From the NCBI RefSeq assembly GCF_005696695.1, contig NZ_CP040006.1, positions 630,001 through 662,000 on the forward strand: a stretch of 32,000 nt of DNA, written 5' to 3'. Shown here piece by piece: positions 9,041 through 16,864 of this stretch. A program made the position numbers and the translations under genes. The notes beneath the pieces were generated by a model. It had not been told where the DNA came from, ran no database searches, and worked only from the letters and a program-made list of their open reading frames with translations. The stretch is from Schaalia odontolytica (GTDB lineage Bacteria; Actinomycetota; Actinomycetes; Actinomycetales; Actinomycetaceae). Every line of letters begins with the position of its first letter. Positions within the stretch are counted from its first letter, which is position 1.

Positions 9041-9253
9041 TGTCTAGTTTGCGCAGATCACGTGATAGTTGTGCACGAACGTGCAGTTAAAAACCGCGAA
9101 TTTGCACCGAAAAGTCATCGTTTCGCCTTGAAATGATGCGTGCATCACATGCACAATGGAACTACCGAAAGTCACCATGAATTGAGCCCTCATGATGAAC
9201 CGGTGATGGGAAGTGGCACCACTCATCAAGAGCGGTGCCACTTTCCTGTTGAT

Positions 9254-9287
9254 GCGTCCCTGCGGAGCGTGCCCCCCGCAGGGACGC
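9254..9287 (-). terminator. Hairpin downstream of the 9308-10807 gene (possible terminator without a U-tract)
   Basis: GCGTCCCTGCGG (9254-9265) pairs with CCGCAGGGACGC (9276-9287). It lies 21 nt after the minus-strand stop codon. No T-run follows on the minus strand. Confidence 0.4.
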
Positions 9288-9307
9288 GCCCTGCGGGGGA
9301 TGGTCCG

Positions 9308-10807
9308 TCAGTGCTGACGGCGGCGCAGAGCCAGAGCTCCCAGGCCTGCCAGACCCGCCATGATGGCCGCTCCGGCCAGCATCGGGGTGTCAGCGCCCGT
9401 GCGAGCAAGGTTGCCGCTCGGGGTTGCGGACGGGGCGGGAGTGGGGGTCGTCGGCTCGGGCGTCGGGGAATCCGACGGCGCCGGCATGGTCGGCTCTTCG
9501 GTGGGAACCGTGCACTCGCTGTCCGTGCCGGTCAGCCAGTTGTGCAGGACGATCGGGGCCAGGACCGGGGAGTCCTTGAGGGTCTCGCCGGTCAGAATGC
9601 CGTTGATGTTGAAGGAGAAGCCGGAGTTGGCCGGCATGTGCTTGATCGTGACGGTGATGGTCTTGCCGTCCTCGCTGACCTTGATCTCGCCCAGGCCCTC
9701 GACGGTGTTCGTGAAGCCGTTACCCTGCAGCGCGCCAGCGCCGGGGTTGGAGATCGTGTTGATCGTGGAGGCGTCGAACTTCAGGCCCTGGACGGCCTTG
9801 ATCGTCAGCGTCGCGTTGGTGAGGTCCTTGTGGGTGGCGCCGTACAGGCGCAGGGTGCGCGAGTCGCCGACCTTCGGGTCGGTACCGGTGGCGACGAACC
9901 AGCCGTCAGCGTTGGCCTCGCCCCACTTGGGCTCCTCAGAACCCCAGGAGCCCGCGTACTTGGAGCGCTCGTTGATGTCGCGCGAGTAGGGGCTCCACAC
10001 GGTGCGGTCCACGGTCGTGGCCTGGCACTTGGTGAGTTCGGGGGTCTCGGGGGTGGGCAGGTCGCCGCACACCTGGCCGTCGGCCGGGAACTGGGCGCCG
10101 ACCAGGTTGGCGGACGCGGTCGAGGACTCGGCGCCCTCGGGGAAGGTGCCCGTGAACTGGAAGACAGTGCCGGTGTTGGCGTCGAGGCCCTTGTTCAGCG
10201 TGATGGTCCAGATGTTCTTCGCGGCGTCGGTCAGAATGGCGGTGAAGTCACCGTCGTTCCACGTGTACTCGGCTTCACGAGGGCCCCAGGACTGCATGAA
10301 GGCGTTGAGGCCCGCGCGGGTCTCAAGCTTGCCGATGAACGTAGTGTCGGCCATGTCGTCGGGCAGGTCGACGGTGATCGTCGTGCCGGCGGCCAGCTTG
10401 TTCTTCGTGGCCACGGGGAAGCGCCAGTTCTGCATGGAACCGGCGATCCAGTGGTTGGCCTCGAACATACCCGGGGCCTTGTAGGTCTCGGTGTTGAAGT
10501 TCGTCGAGATCTTCGAGGTGTAGCCGTTGTTCGAGCCGGTGGCGATCGTGTTGACGGAGCCGTCGGCGTTACGGGTGATGTCGGCGGGGTTCACCAGCTC
10601 GGGGTGGTGGGCCAGGATGTCCGTGTCGAGGATCGCCGCGGCGGTCCAGTCGGCGCGGCAGGCGGTGGACTTGTCGCCGTTGGCGGTGCCGGGGCCCGTG
10701 GGCTGGTTTTCGTCGGAGGGCGAGGCCATGGCGGGGCCTGCGATCAGGGCGGTCGCGAGCGTGGCGCTCAGAGCCGTCGCGATGGTCAACCTATGCGTCA
10801 GTTTCAT
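9308..10807 (-). CDS. LAxTG-anchored surface protein with an unrecognised ~400-aa ectodomain (possible adhesin)
   Basis: Signal peptide MKLTHRLTIATALSATLATALIAGPAMA. Pro/Thr linker EEPTMPAPSDSPTPEPTTPTPAPSATPS. Sorting signal LARTG, then a hydrophobic stretch, then RRRQH. I cannot assign a domain family to the body. Confidence 0.8.
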   Translation of the reverse strand: MKLTHRLTIATALSATLATALIAGPAMASPSDENQPTGPGTANGDKSTACRADWTAAAILDTDILAHHPELVNPADITRNADGSVNTIATGSNNGYTSKISTNFNTETYKAPGMFEANHWIAGSMQNWRFPVATKNKLAAGTTITVDLPDDMADTTFIGKLETRAGLNAFMQSWGPREAEYTWNDGDFTAILTDAAKNIWTITLNKGLDANTGTVFQFTGTFPEGAESSTASANLVGAQFPADGQVCGDLPTPETPELTKCQATTVDRTVWSPYSRDINERSKYAGSWGSEEPKWGEANADGWFVATGTDPKVGDSRTLRLYGATHKDLTNATLTIKAVQGLKFDASTINTISNPGAGALQGNGFTNTVEGLGEIKVSEDGKTITVTIKHMPANSGFSFNINGILTGETLKDSPVLAPIVLHNWLTGTDSECTVPTEEPTMPAPSDSPTPEPTTPTPAPSATPSGNLARTGADTPMLAGAAIMAGLAGLGALALRRRQH

Positions 10808-11198
10808 CGTATTCCTCGTGTTGAAGGTGATTCAGTCTCAAGAATACTGGCCGTGTGGACTATTGTTAGCCCGGTCAGCATTGGTTACATGAGAACCTTA
10901 GTCCATGAACACTGACCGTGTCTCACGTTTGCGAAAAATCATTGAGGGAGTATTTCGCAACTTGCTGCAGGTGGGGATTAGTTGTCGTTTGTAAATGCGC
11001 GCCAACCTGGGCCTTTAGTCATGGGTGGTAATTGACAGGTGGATTCCGTCACGTGGCCGGGGGTGGGGTTTCTCCCAGTGCTGTGTCAGAGCAGGGAATT
11101 GGGCCGTGTACTCGCTACCCTCTAGAGTTGAAGCCATCCCCGACCCGGGGCGCTCGCCCCCGCGGCGGGCACGGCGCAGTTACACAAAAGGAAATCGT

Positions 11199-13565
11199 AT
11201 GACGCTGGATCTGACGCAGTCGCTGCCCTCTCACGTGCGCGCGACCTCTGGACGCCCCGTTGAAGATTCGACCCTGATGGAAGTGTGGCAGGGACTCTCC
11301 GCCGCAATCGTCGATCAGATCGCCGATAACTGGGCCGCCACCACGGAGCGTTACGCCAAGGGCCGTCAGGAACACTACTTCTCCGCCGAGTTCCTCATGG
11401 GTCGAGCCCTGCTCAACAACCTGTCGAACCTCGGCCTCGTCGAGAAGGCTCGCGAAGCCCTCGCCGCCTACGGCCTCGACCTCGGCCAGGTCCTCGAAGA
11501 GGAGCCGGATGCTGCCCTCGGTAACGGTGGCCTCGGCCGCCTCGCCGCCTGCTTCCTGGACTCCTGCGCCACCCTCGACCTGCCCGTGCGTGGCTACGGC
11601 ATCCTGTACCGCTACGGCCTGTTCAAGCAGCTCTTCGACAACGGCTTCCAGACCGAGCACCCGGATCCGTGGATGGAAGAGGGCTACCCCTTCGTCATCC
11701 GCCGCGAAGAGCGCTCCCGCATCGTCTCCTACGCCGACCTGACCGTGCGCGCCGTCCCCTATGACATCGCGATCACCGGCTACGGCACCAAGAACGTGGG
11801 CACCCTGCGCCTGTGGAAGGCGGAGCCCATCGAGGAATTCGACTACGACGCCTTCAACTCCCAGCGCTTCACCGACGCCATCGTCGACCGTGAGCGCACC
11901 ATGGACATCTCCCGCGTCCTGTACCCCAACGACACCACGTTCGAGGGCAAGGTCCTGCGCGTGCGCCAGCAGTACTTCTTCTGCTCCGCCTCCCTGCAGG
12001 AAATCGTCGCCAACTACGTGCGTCACCACGGCACCGACCTGACCGGCTTCGCCGAGTACAACGCCGTCCAGCTCAACGACACCCACCCGGTCCTCGCCAT
12101 CCCCGAGCTCATGCGCATCCTCATGGACGAGCATGGCCTCGGCTGGGAAGAGGCCTGGAAGGTCGTCTCCAAGACCTTCGCCTACACGAACCACACGGTT
12201 CTGGCCGAGGCCCTCGAGACCTGGGATATCCACATCTTTGATCGCCTGTTCCCGCGCATCGCCGAGATCGTCCGCGAGATCGACCGTCGCTTCCGCATCG
12301 ACATGGCCGAGCGCGGCCTCGACCAGGGCACCATCGACTACATGGCTCCTGTCGCCGGCAACACCGTGCGCATGGCTTGGATCGCCTGCTACGCGTCGTA
12401 CTCCATCAACGGCGTCGCCGCGCTCCACACGGAGATCATCAAGCGCGACACCCTCAAGGAATGGCACGCCATCTGGCCCGAGCGCTTCAACAACAAGACC
12501 AACGGCGTGACCCCGCGCCGCTGGCTCAAGCAGTGCAACCCCCGCCTGGCCGCCCTCCTCGACGAGGTCACCGGCTCCGACGCGTGGGTCCGTGACCTCA
12601 CCGAACTCTCCAAGTTCACCGAGGCCGGCACCGACGAGGTGCTCGAGCGCCTGGCCGAGATCAAGCACGCCAACAAGGTTGACTTCGCCGCGTGGGTCAA
12701 GGAGCGTGAGGGCGTCGAGATCGACCCCGACGCGATCTTCGACGTTCAGATCAAGCGTCTGCACGAGTACAAGCGTCAGCTGCTCAATGCCTTCTATGTC
12801 CTGGACCTGTACTTCCGCATGAAGGACGACCCGACGCTGGACACCCCCAACCGCGTGTTCATCTTCGGTGCGAAGGCTGCCCCCGGCTACATCCGCGCCA
12901 AGGCCATCATCAAGCTCATCAACGCCATCGCGGAGCTGGTGAACAACGACGAGGACATCAACGGCCGCATCAAGGTCGTCTTCGTCCACAACTACAACGT
13001 CTCGCCCGCCGAGCACATCATCCCCGCCGCCGACGTCTCCGAGCAGATCTCGATGGCCGGCAAGGAGGCCTCGGGCACGTCCAACATGAAGTTCATGATG
13101 AACGGCGCCCTCACTCTGGGCACCCTGGACGGCGCGAACGTTGAGATTCTCGAGGCCGTGGGCGACGAGAACGCCTACATCTTCGGCGCGACCGACGATG
13201 AGCTGCCCGAGCTGCGTCGCCACTACGACCCCCGTTGGCACTACGAGAACGTCCCCGGCCTCAAGCGCGTCATCGACGCCCTGACCGACGGCACGCTCGA
13301 CGACTCCAACTCCGGCTGGTTCCACGACATCCGCCACTCGATCCTCGAGGGCGGCTACGACCCGGCCGACGTGTACTACGTCCTCGGTGACTTTGCCGCG
13401 TACCGCGAGACCAAGGACCGCATGGCCGCCGACTACCGCGACCAGAAGGCCTGGAACGCTCGCGTGTGGGCGAACATCTCCCGCTCCGGCCGTTTCTCCT
13501 CGGACCGCACGATCTCCGACTACGCTCGCGAGGTCTGGCACATCGAGGGTGAGCCGATCGACTGA
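11199..13565 (+). CDS. glgP: Glycogen / maltodextrin phosphorylase (GT35)
   Basis: Start moved to the ATG at 11199, preceded by AAAAGGAAA, giving about 788 aa, the usual family length. PLP-lysine region EASGTSNMKFMMNGALTLGTLDGANVE. The upstream 58 codons of the track ORF are Arg/Pro-rich and non-homologous. Confidence 0.92.
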   Translation: MTLDLTQSLPSHVRATSGRPVEDSTLMEVWQGLSAAIVDQIADNWAATTERYAKGRQEHYFSAEFLMGRALLNNLSNLGLVEKAREALAAYGLDLGQVLEEEPDAALGNGGLGRLAACFLDSCATLDLPVRGYGILYRYGLFKQLFDNGFQTEHPDPWMEEGYPFVIRREERSRIVSYADLTVRAVPYDIAITGYGTKNVGTLRLWKAEPIEEFDYDAFNSQRFTDAIVDRERTMDISRVLYPNDTTFEGKVLRVRQQYFFCSASLQEIVANYVRHHGTDLTGFAEYNAVQLNDTHPVLAIPELMRILMDEHGLGWEEAWKVVSKTFAYTNHTVLAEALETWDIHIFDRLFPRIAEIVREIDRRFRIDMAERGLDQGTIDYMAPVAGNTVRMAWIACYASYSINGVAALHTEIIKRDTLKEWHAIWPERFNNKTNGVTPRRWLKQCNPRLAALLDEVTGSDAWVRDLTELSKFTEAGTDEVLERLAEIKHANKVDFAAWVKEREGVEIDPDAIFDVQIKRLHEYKRQLLNAFYVLDLYFRMKDDPTLDTPNRVFIFGAKAAPGYIRAKAIIKLINAIAELVNNDEDINGRIKVVFVHNYNVSPAEHIIPAADVSEQISMAGKEASGTSNMKFMMNGALTLGTLDGANVEILEAVGDENAYIFGATDDELPELRRHYDPRWHYENVPGLKRVIDALTDGTLDDSNSGWFHDIRHSILEGGYDPADVYYVLGDFAAYRETKDRMAADYRDQKAWNARVWANISRSGRFSSDRTISDYAREVWHIEGEPID

Positions 13566-13577
13566 CGCATTCGCGTA

Positions 13578-13620
13578 GGGGAGGCCCGGAACCGCACGGT
13601 TCCGGGCCTCCCTTGTTGTG
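13578..13620 (+). terminator. Intrinsic terminator of glgP
   Basis: GGGGAGGCCCGGAACCG pairs with CGGTTCCGGGCCTCCC (13578-13612), followed by TTGTTGTG. Confidence 0.7.
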
Positions 13621-13655
13621 TCAAGGCGTGTGGGTGTATCACCATGCGACCCAAC

Positions 13656-13713
13656 TGTATTAGTGGGTTGACACAGTTAGGTATCTGTGTCATTGTATTA
13701 GTGTATTAATACA
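13656..13713 (+). promoter_or_regulatory. Promoter plus repeated operator half-sites upstream of the GntR/YtrA regulator
   Basis: This is the only AT-rich patch in the region. TGTATTAGTG occurs at 13656-13665 and again at 13694-13703. A perfect 12-bp palindrome TGTATTAATACA lies at 13702-13713. TTGACA (13668-13673), a 17-nt spacer and CATTGT (13691-13696) fit a promoter. AGGAGGGA RBS at 13721-13728. Confidence 0.5.
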
Positions 13714-13735
13714 GCAAGACAGGAGGGACGCGTCG

Positions 13736-14098
13736 ATGCGCATCGATGACACCCGCCCCATCTGGATCCAGCTGGCCGACAGCTTCCGCGCCCGTATCAC
13801 CGACGGCACGTGGAAGCCCGGCCAGAAGATCCCCTCCGTCCGCGACCTCGCCATCGAGGCCGGCACCAACCCCAACACCGTCCAGCGAGCCCTCGCCGCC
13901 CTCGACGACGAAGGACTGACCGTCCCCAAGCGGACAGCCGGACGGTATGTCGCCACCGACGACTCTGCGCTGCATGCCCTCCGCCAGGAGGACGCGCGCG
14001 CTGCGGCCGACGCCTTCATCCGCGCCTGCCGAGCCCTCGGCGTCGATGTTGAAGGTGCCCACGGCCTCGTCGATGAACGCTGGAACGCGGACCTGTAA
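13736..14098 (+). CDS. GntR-family transcriptional regulator, short YtrA subfamily
   Basis: 120 aa with the winged-HTH region KIPSVRDLAIEAGTNPNTVQRALAALDDEGL. Its short length and the downstream ABC genes are typical of YtrA-type modules. Confidence 0.85.
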   Translation: MRIDDTRPIWIQLADSFRARITDGTWKPGQKIPSVRDLAIEAGTNPNTVQRALAALDDEGLTVPKRTAGRYVATDDSALHALRQEDARAAADAFIRACRALGVDVEGAHGLVDERWNADL

Positions 14099-14116
14099 AC
14101 CAGGAGGACAACTCTC

Positions 14117-14845
14117 ATGACCACCCAACCCACAGGCGCTGCCGCGGCCGGCCCCGGCCTCGTCGAGGTCACCGGCCTGACGAAGAGCTACCGCTCGACC
14201 CCCGCCCTGCGCGACTACAACCTGAGCCTCGAGTCTGGCCACATCGTCGGCCTCATGGGCCCCAACGGCTGCGGCAAGACCACGCTGCTCAAGATCCTCG
14301 CCGGAGTCCTCTCCGACTATCAGGGCACCGTCACCATCGACGGGCACGCGCCCGGCGTTGCCACTAAGGCGATCGTCTCCTATCTGCCCGACGCCGACTT
14401 CCTGAACACCGACTGGACCGCTGCGGACGCCATCCGCGTCTACTCCACGTTCTTTGCTGACTTCGACGCCGACAAGGCCGCCTCGATGATCAACTTCTTC
14501 GGACTGCCCACCGACCGCCGCCTCGGCGAGATGAGCAAGGGCATGGGGGAGAAGCTCCAGATCAGCCTCATCATGTCCCGGCGCGCCCGCGTGTACCTGC
14601 TCGACGAGCCCATCAGCGGCGTCGATCCGGCGACTCGTGACGTCATCCTCGACGGCATCCTGCGCGAGTTCGACCCGGCCTCGCTGCTCATCATGTCCAC
14701 CCACCTCATTTCCGACATCGAGCATTTCGTCGACTACGCGCTCTTCATGAAGGACGGACAGGTCTTCCTGCAGGGCGACGCCGACGACCTGCGGGCCACC
14801 CACGGCGATTCCCTCGACGCCATCTTCCGGAAGGAGTACCGCTGA
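14117..14845 (+). CDS. ABC transporter ATP-binding protein
   Basis: Walker A GLMGPNGCGKTT, signature-like MSKGMGEKLQ, Walker B VYLLDEP. AGGAGG RBS. Confidence 0.9.
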   Translation: MTTQPTGAAAAGPGLVEVTGLTKSYRSTPALRDYNLSLESGHIVGLMGPNGCGKTTLLKILAGVLSDYQGTVTIDGHAPGVATKAIVSYLPDADFLNTDWTAADAIRVYSTFFADFDADKAASMINFFGLPTDRRLGEMSKGMGEKLQISLIMSRRARVYLLDEPISGVDPATRDVILDGILREFDPASLLIMSTHLISDIEHFVDYALFMKDGQVFLQGDADDLRATHGDSLDAIFRKEYR

Positions 14846-15657
14846 TGTACGCCAAACTGCTTGCCTACGAAATCCGGTCGCGCGCCGTGGCGGACGCGCG
14901 CTCCTTCGGGGCGTTCATCGTCACTATTGCCGTCGCGTCGGGAATCGTTGCCGCGGGGCTGCCGGGGATCAGCGGCTCCACCGCTGTCCTCGCCTACGCC
15001 CTCTGTTCTCTCACGCCGGTCGCCTGCGCGATCGCAGCGATGGCCGACTACTGGAAGACCCTGTATGGGCAGCGCGGCTACTTCACGATGAGCCTGCCGA
15101 TCTCCGGAAAGGTCATCTTCTGGGCAAAGAACACCCGCATCATGATTGAGTGCCTCCTGGCCCTCGTCCTGGCCGTCGGCGGAATCCTCGCCGTCGCTTC
15201 AGCCGCCGCGTGGAGCGACGGTATCAGCCTCGCCGAGTACACGGCCGGACCGCGTTCGCTCGTGGCCGGAGTTCCCACCTCCACCGTGGCCCTCATGATC
15301 GCCGTTCAGGTCATCCTGTCGATGTCCTGGGTCGTACAGGCCTGCGCCGCCATGACGATCGGCGCTGAAGGACGCTTCAACCACCTCGGCTTCGGCGCGC
15401 CCATCATCGGTTTCGTCCTGCTGTACATCGTGAACCAGGTGCTTTCCACGGTTGGCACGTTCTTCCTTCCGCTGTCCGTCACGACTGATGGCCACTTCTC
15501 CACAGAGATCATGTGGACCTCGTACCGCGCGACGATGGGAACCGACGGTCACCCGAACGTCATCGGCATCGGCTCCTATGTCCTCGTGCCCCTGTTCGCC
15601 CTGATCCTGGGCGTGTGGGCCTCCCGCTCGATTGAGAAGCACACGTCCTTGCGCTGA
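14845..15657 (+). CDS. ABC exporter membrane component (ABC-2-like, no recognisable family motif)
   Basis: 270 aa with about 6 hydrophobic segments. Its ATG overlaps the ATPase stop by 1 nt (TGATG). The function is inferred from operon position. Confidence 0.65.
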   Translation: MYAKLLAYEIRSRAVADARSFGAFIVTIAVASGIVAAGLPGISGSTAVLAYALCSLTPVACAIAAMADYWKTLYGQRGYFTMSLPISGKVIFWAKNTRIMIECLLALVLAVGGILAVASAAAWSDGISLAEYTAGPRSLVAGVPTSTVALMIAVQVILSMSWVVQACAAMTIGAEGRFNHLGFGAPIIGFVLLYIVNQVLSTVGTFFLPLSVTTDGHFSTEIMWTSYRATMGTDGHPNVIGIGSYVLVPLFALILGVWASRSIEKHTSLR

Positions 15658-15679
15658 TGGTGTGATGCGCTGAGGGGCA

Positions 15680-15720
15680 GGCGGCGGTGGGATAGGGTTG
15701 TTGCATCCGATCCCGCCGCC
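15680..15720 (+). terminator. GC-rich hairpin after the ABC operon
   Basis: GGCGGCGG-T-GGGAT (15680-15693) pairs with ATCCC-GCCGCC (15710-15720). No T-tract follows. Confidence 0.4.
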
Positions 15721-15742
15721 GACTTGTCCGTGAGGAGCGCTT

Positions 15743-16732
15743 ATGACCGCTGGAGGACCGCAGTTTAGCGCCACACCCCAGAATCCCGACCTGCTGCGGT
15801 GGGTCGGCATTCAGGTCCTGCTGCTCGTGATCGCATGGATGATCGGCGTGGTCGTGCGCCGCCTCCTGGCTTCGCGCATGACGATGTCCACGGCCTCGGC
15901 GACCCTCACCGGCCTCGGGGGCCTGTGGGGCGGCCTGCTGGTCGCAGGCTGGATCTTCTCGTCCTCCGACACGTGGCGTCCCGCGATGATCGGCGTGGCC
16001 GCCCTGGTGGCCGCCATCGTGGTCGTTATTGTCTCCCTGATCGTCGCCTACCTGCATCCGCGCCCCGGCCTTGAGCCCATCGCCGAGGTCGCCAAGCGCG
16101 GCGAATCCGACTCCCTCGAATTCAAGTCCAGCGCCCGCTGGAACATGCGCGCCGGCAAGCGCGACGACGCCATGGAAACCGTCATCGCGAAGACGGTCGC
16201 CGCGTTCATGAACTCCGGCGGCGGCACCCTCCTCATCGGCGTCGACGACGACGGGCGCCTCATTGGTCTGGGCCCCGACTACGCGACCCTCAAGACCCCG
16301 GACGCCGACCGCTTCGAGCTGTGGATCCGCGACCTGTGGGGCCAGCGCCTGGGCACCAACGCGGCCGCGCTGCCCCTCCTCGACTTCGCCGAGGCCTCGG
16401 ACCCCCAGGAGGGCTACGAGCGTCAGGAGGTGTGTCGGGTGACGATCCCGCCGTCCACGCGCCCCGTGTATCTCAAGGGCCCCAAGGGTAAGGGCGAGGC
16501 CGAGCTGTGGGTGCGCGTCGGCAACTCGACGCGGCGCCTCGAGGTCGCCGACGCCGTGCAGTACGTGGCCACGCGCTGGCCCGAATCTGTGCGCGTTTCG
16601 CCGCTGACTCGCATCCGCCTGTTCCTCACCATGACCCGCCACCGCGACACCCCCACCCGCCTGCCGCGCGTCGTCGAGCGCGTCCTCACGGAGCGCGCGA
16701 AGCACGGTGTCGGGGTGTCTGAGGGGGAGTGA
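15743..16732 (+). CDS. Membrane-anchored AlbA_2 (Schlafen-like / divergent AAA_4) domain protein
   Basis: 329 aa with GAGGAG RBS. Three N-terminal hydrophobic helices (LLRWVGIQVLLLVIAWMIGVVV, GLGGLWGGLLVAGWIF, AMIGVAALVAAIVVVIVSLIVAYL). These are followed by motifs I recognise from AlbA_2 domains: ESDSLEFKSS, AFMNSGGGTLLIGVDDDGRLIGL, LWVRVGNSTRRL. It lacks the C-terminal HATPase/HTH region usual in bacterial AlbA_2 proteins. Confidence 0.75.
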   Translation: MTAGGPQFSATPQNPDLLRWVGIQVLLLVIAWMIGVVVRRLLASRMTMSTASATLTGLGGLWGGLLVAGWIFSSSDTWRPAMIGVAALVAAIVVVIVSLIVAYLHPRPGLEPIAEVAKRGESDSLEFKSSARWNMRAGKRDDAMETVIAKTVAAFMNSGGGTLLIGVDDDGRLIGLGPDYATLKTPDADRFELWIRDLWGQRLGTNAAALPLLDFAEASDPQEGYERQEVCRVTIPPSTRPVYLKGPKGKGEAELWVRVGNSTRRLEVADAVQYVATRWPESVRVSPLTRIRLFLTMTRHRDTPTRLPRVVERVLTERAKHGVGVSEGE

Positions 16733-16864
16733 GCCGGGCTGTTCTGCGAAGCGGAGCTGGCGGTGGCGTGGGTGCGTTTGAACCCTGTTCTTGTCGAGAC
16801 GGATTTGCCCGACGTGGGGCGGTGAGTGGGCTAGGTGTAAAGCTCGCGGCGGTACACTGTGAGC

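Noticed and set aside
9140-10915. A 591-aa plus-strand ORF overlapping the LAxTG protein gene.
   Set aside because: The minus-strand frame has a signal peptide, a linker and a sorting signal in the right order. The plus-strand product is Gly/Arg/Val-rich with no features.
11025-11198. N-terminal extensions of track ORFs: glgP from 11025, adnA from 21250, adnB from 24575, the binding protein from 28245, the ferritin-like protein from 19902, and the YflT-like protein from 1563.
   Set aside because: The extensions are non-homologous, often overlap the neighbouring gene or its antisense, and lack RBSs. Internal starts with SD sequences restore the typical family length.
11115-13541. An 808-aa ORF antisense to glgP.
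   Set aside because: It mirrors glgP almost end to end, has a Gly/Val/Asp/Ala-rich composition, and has no motifs. It is a GC3 artefact.
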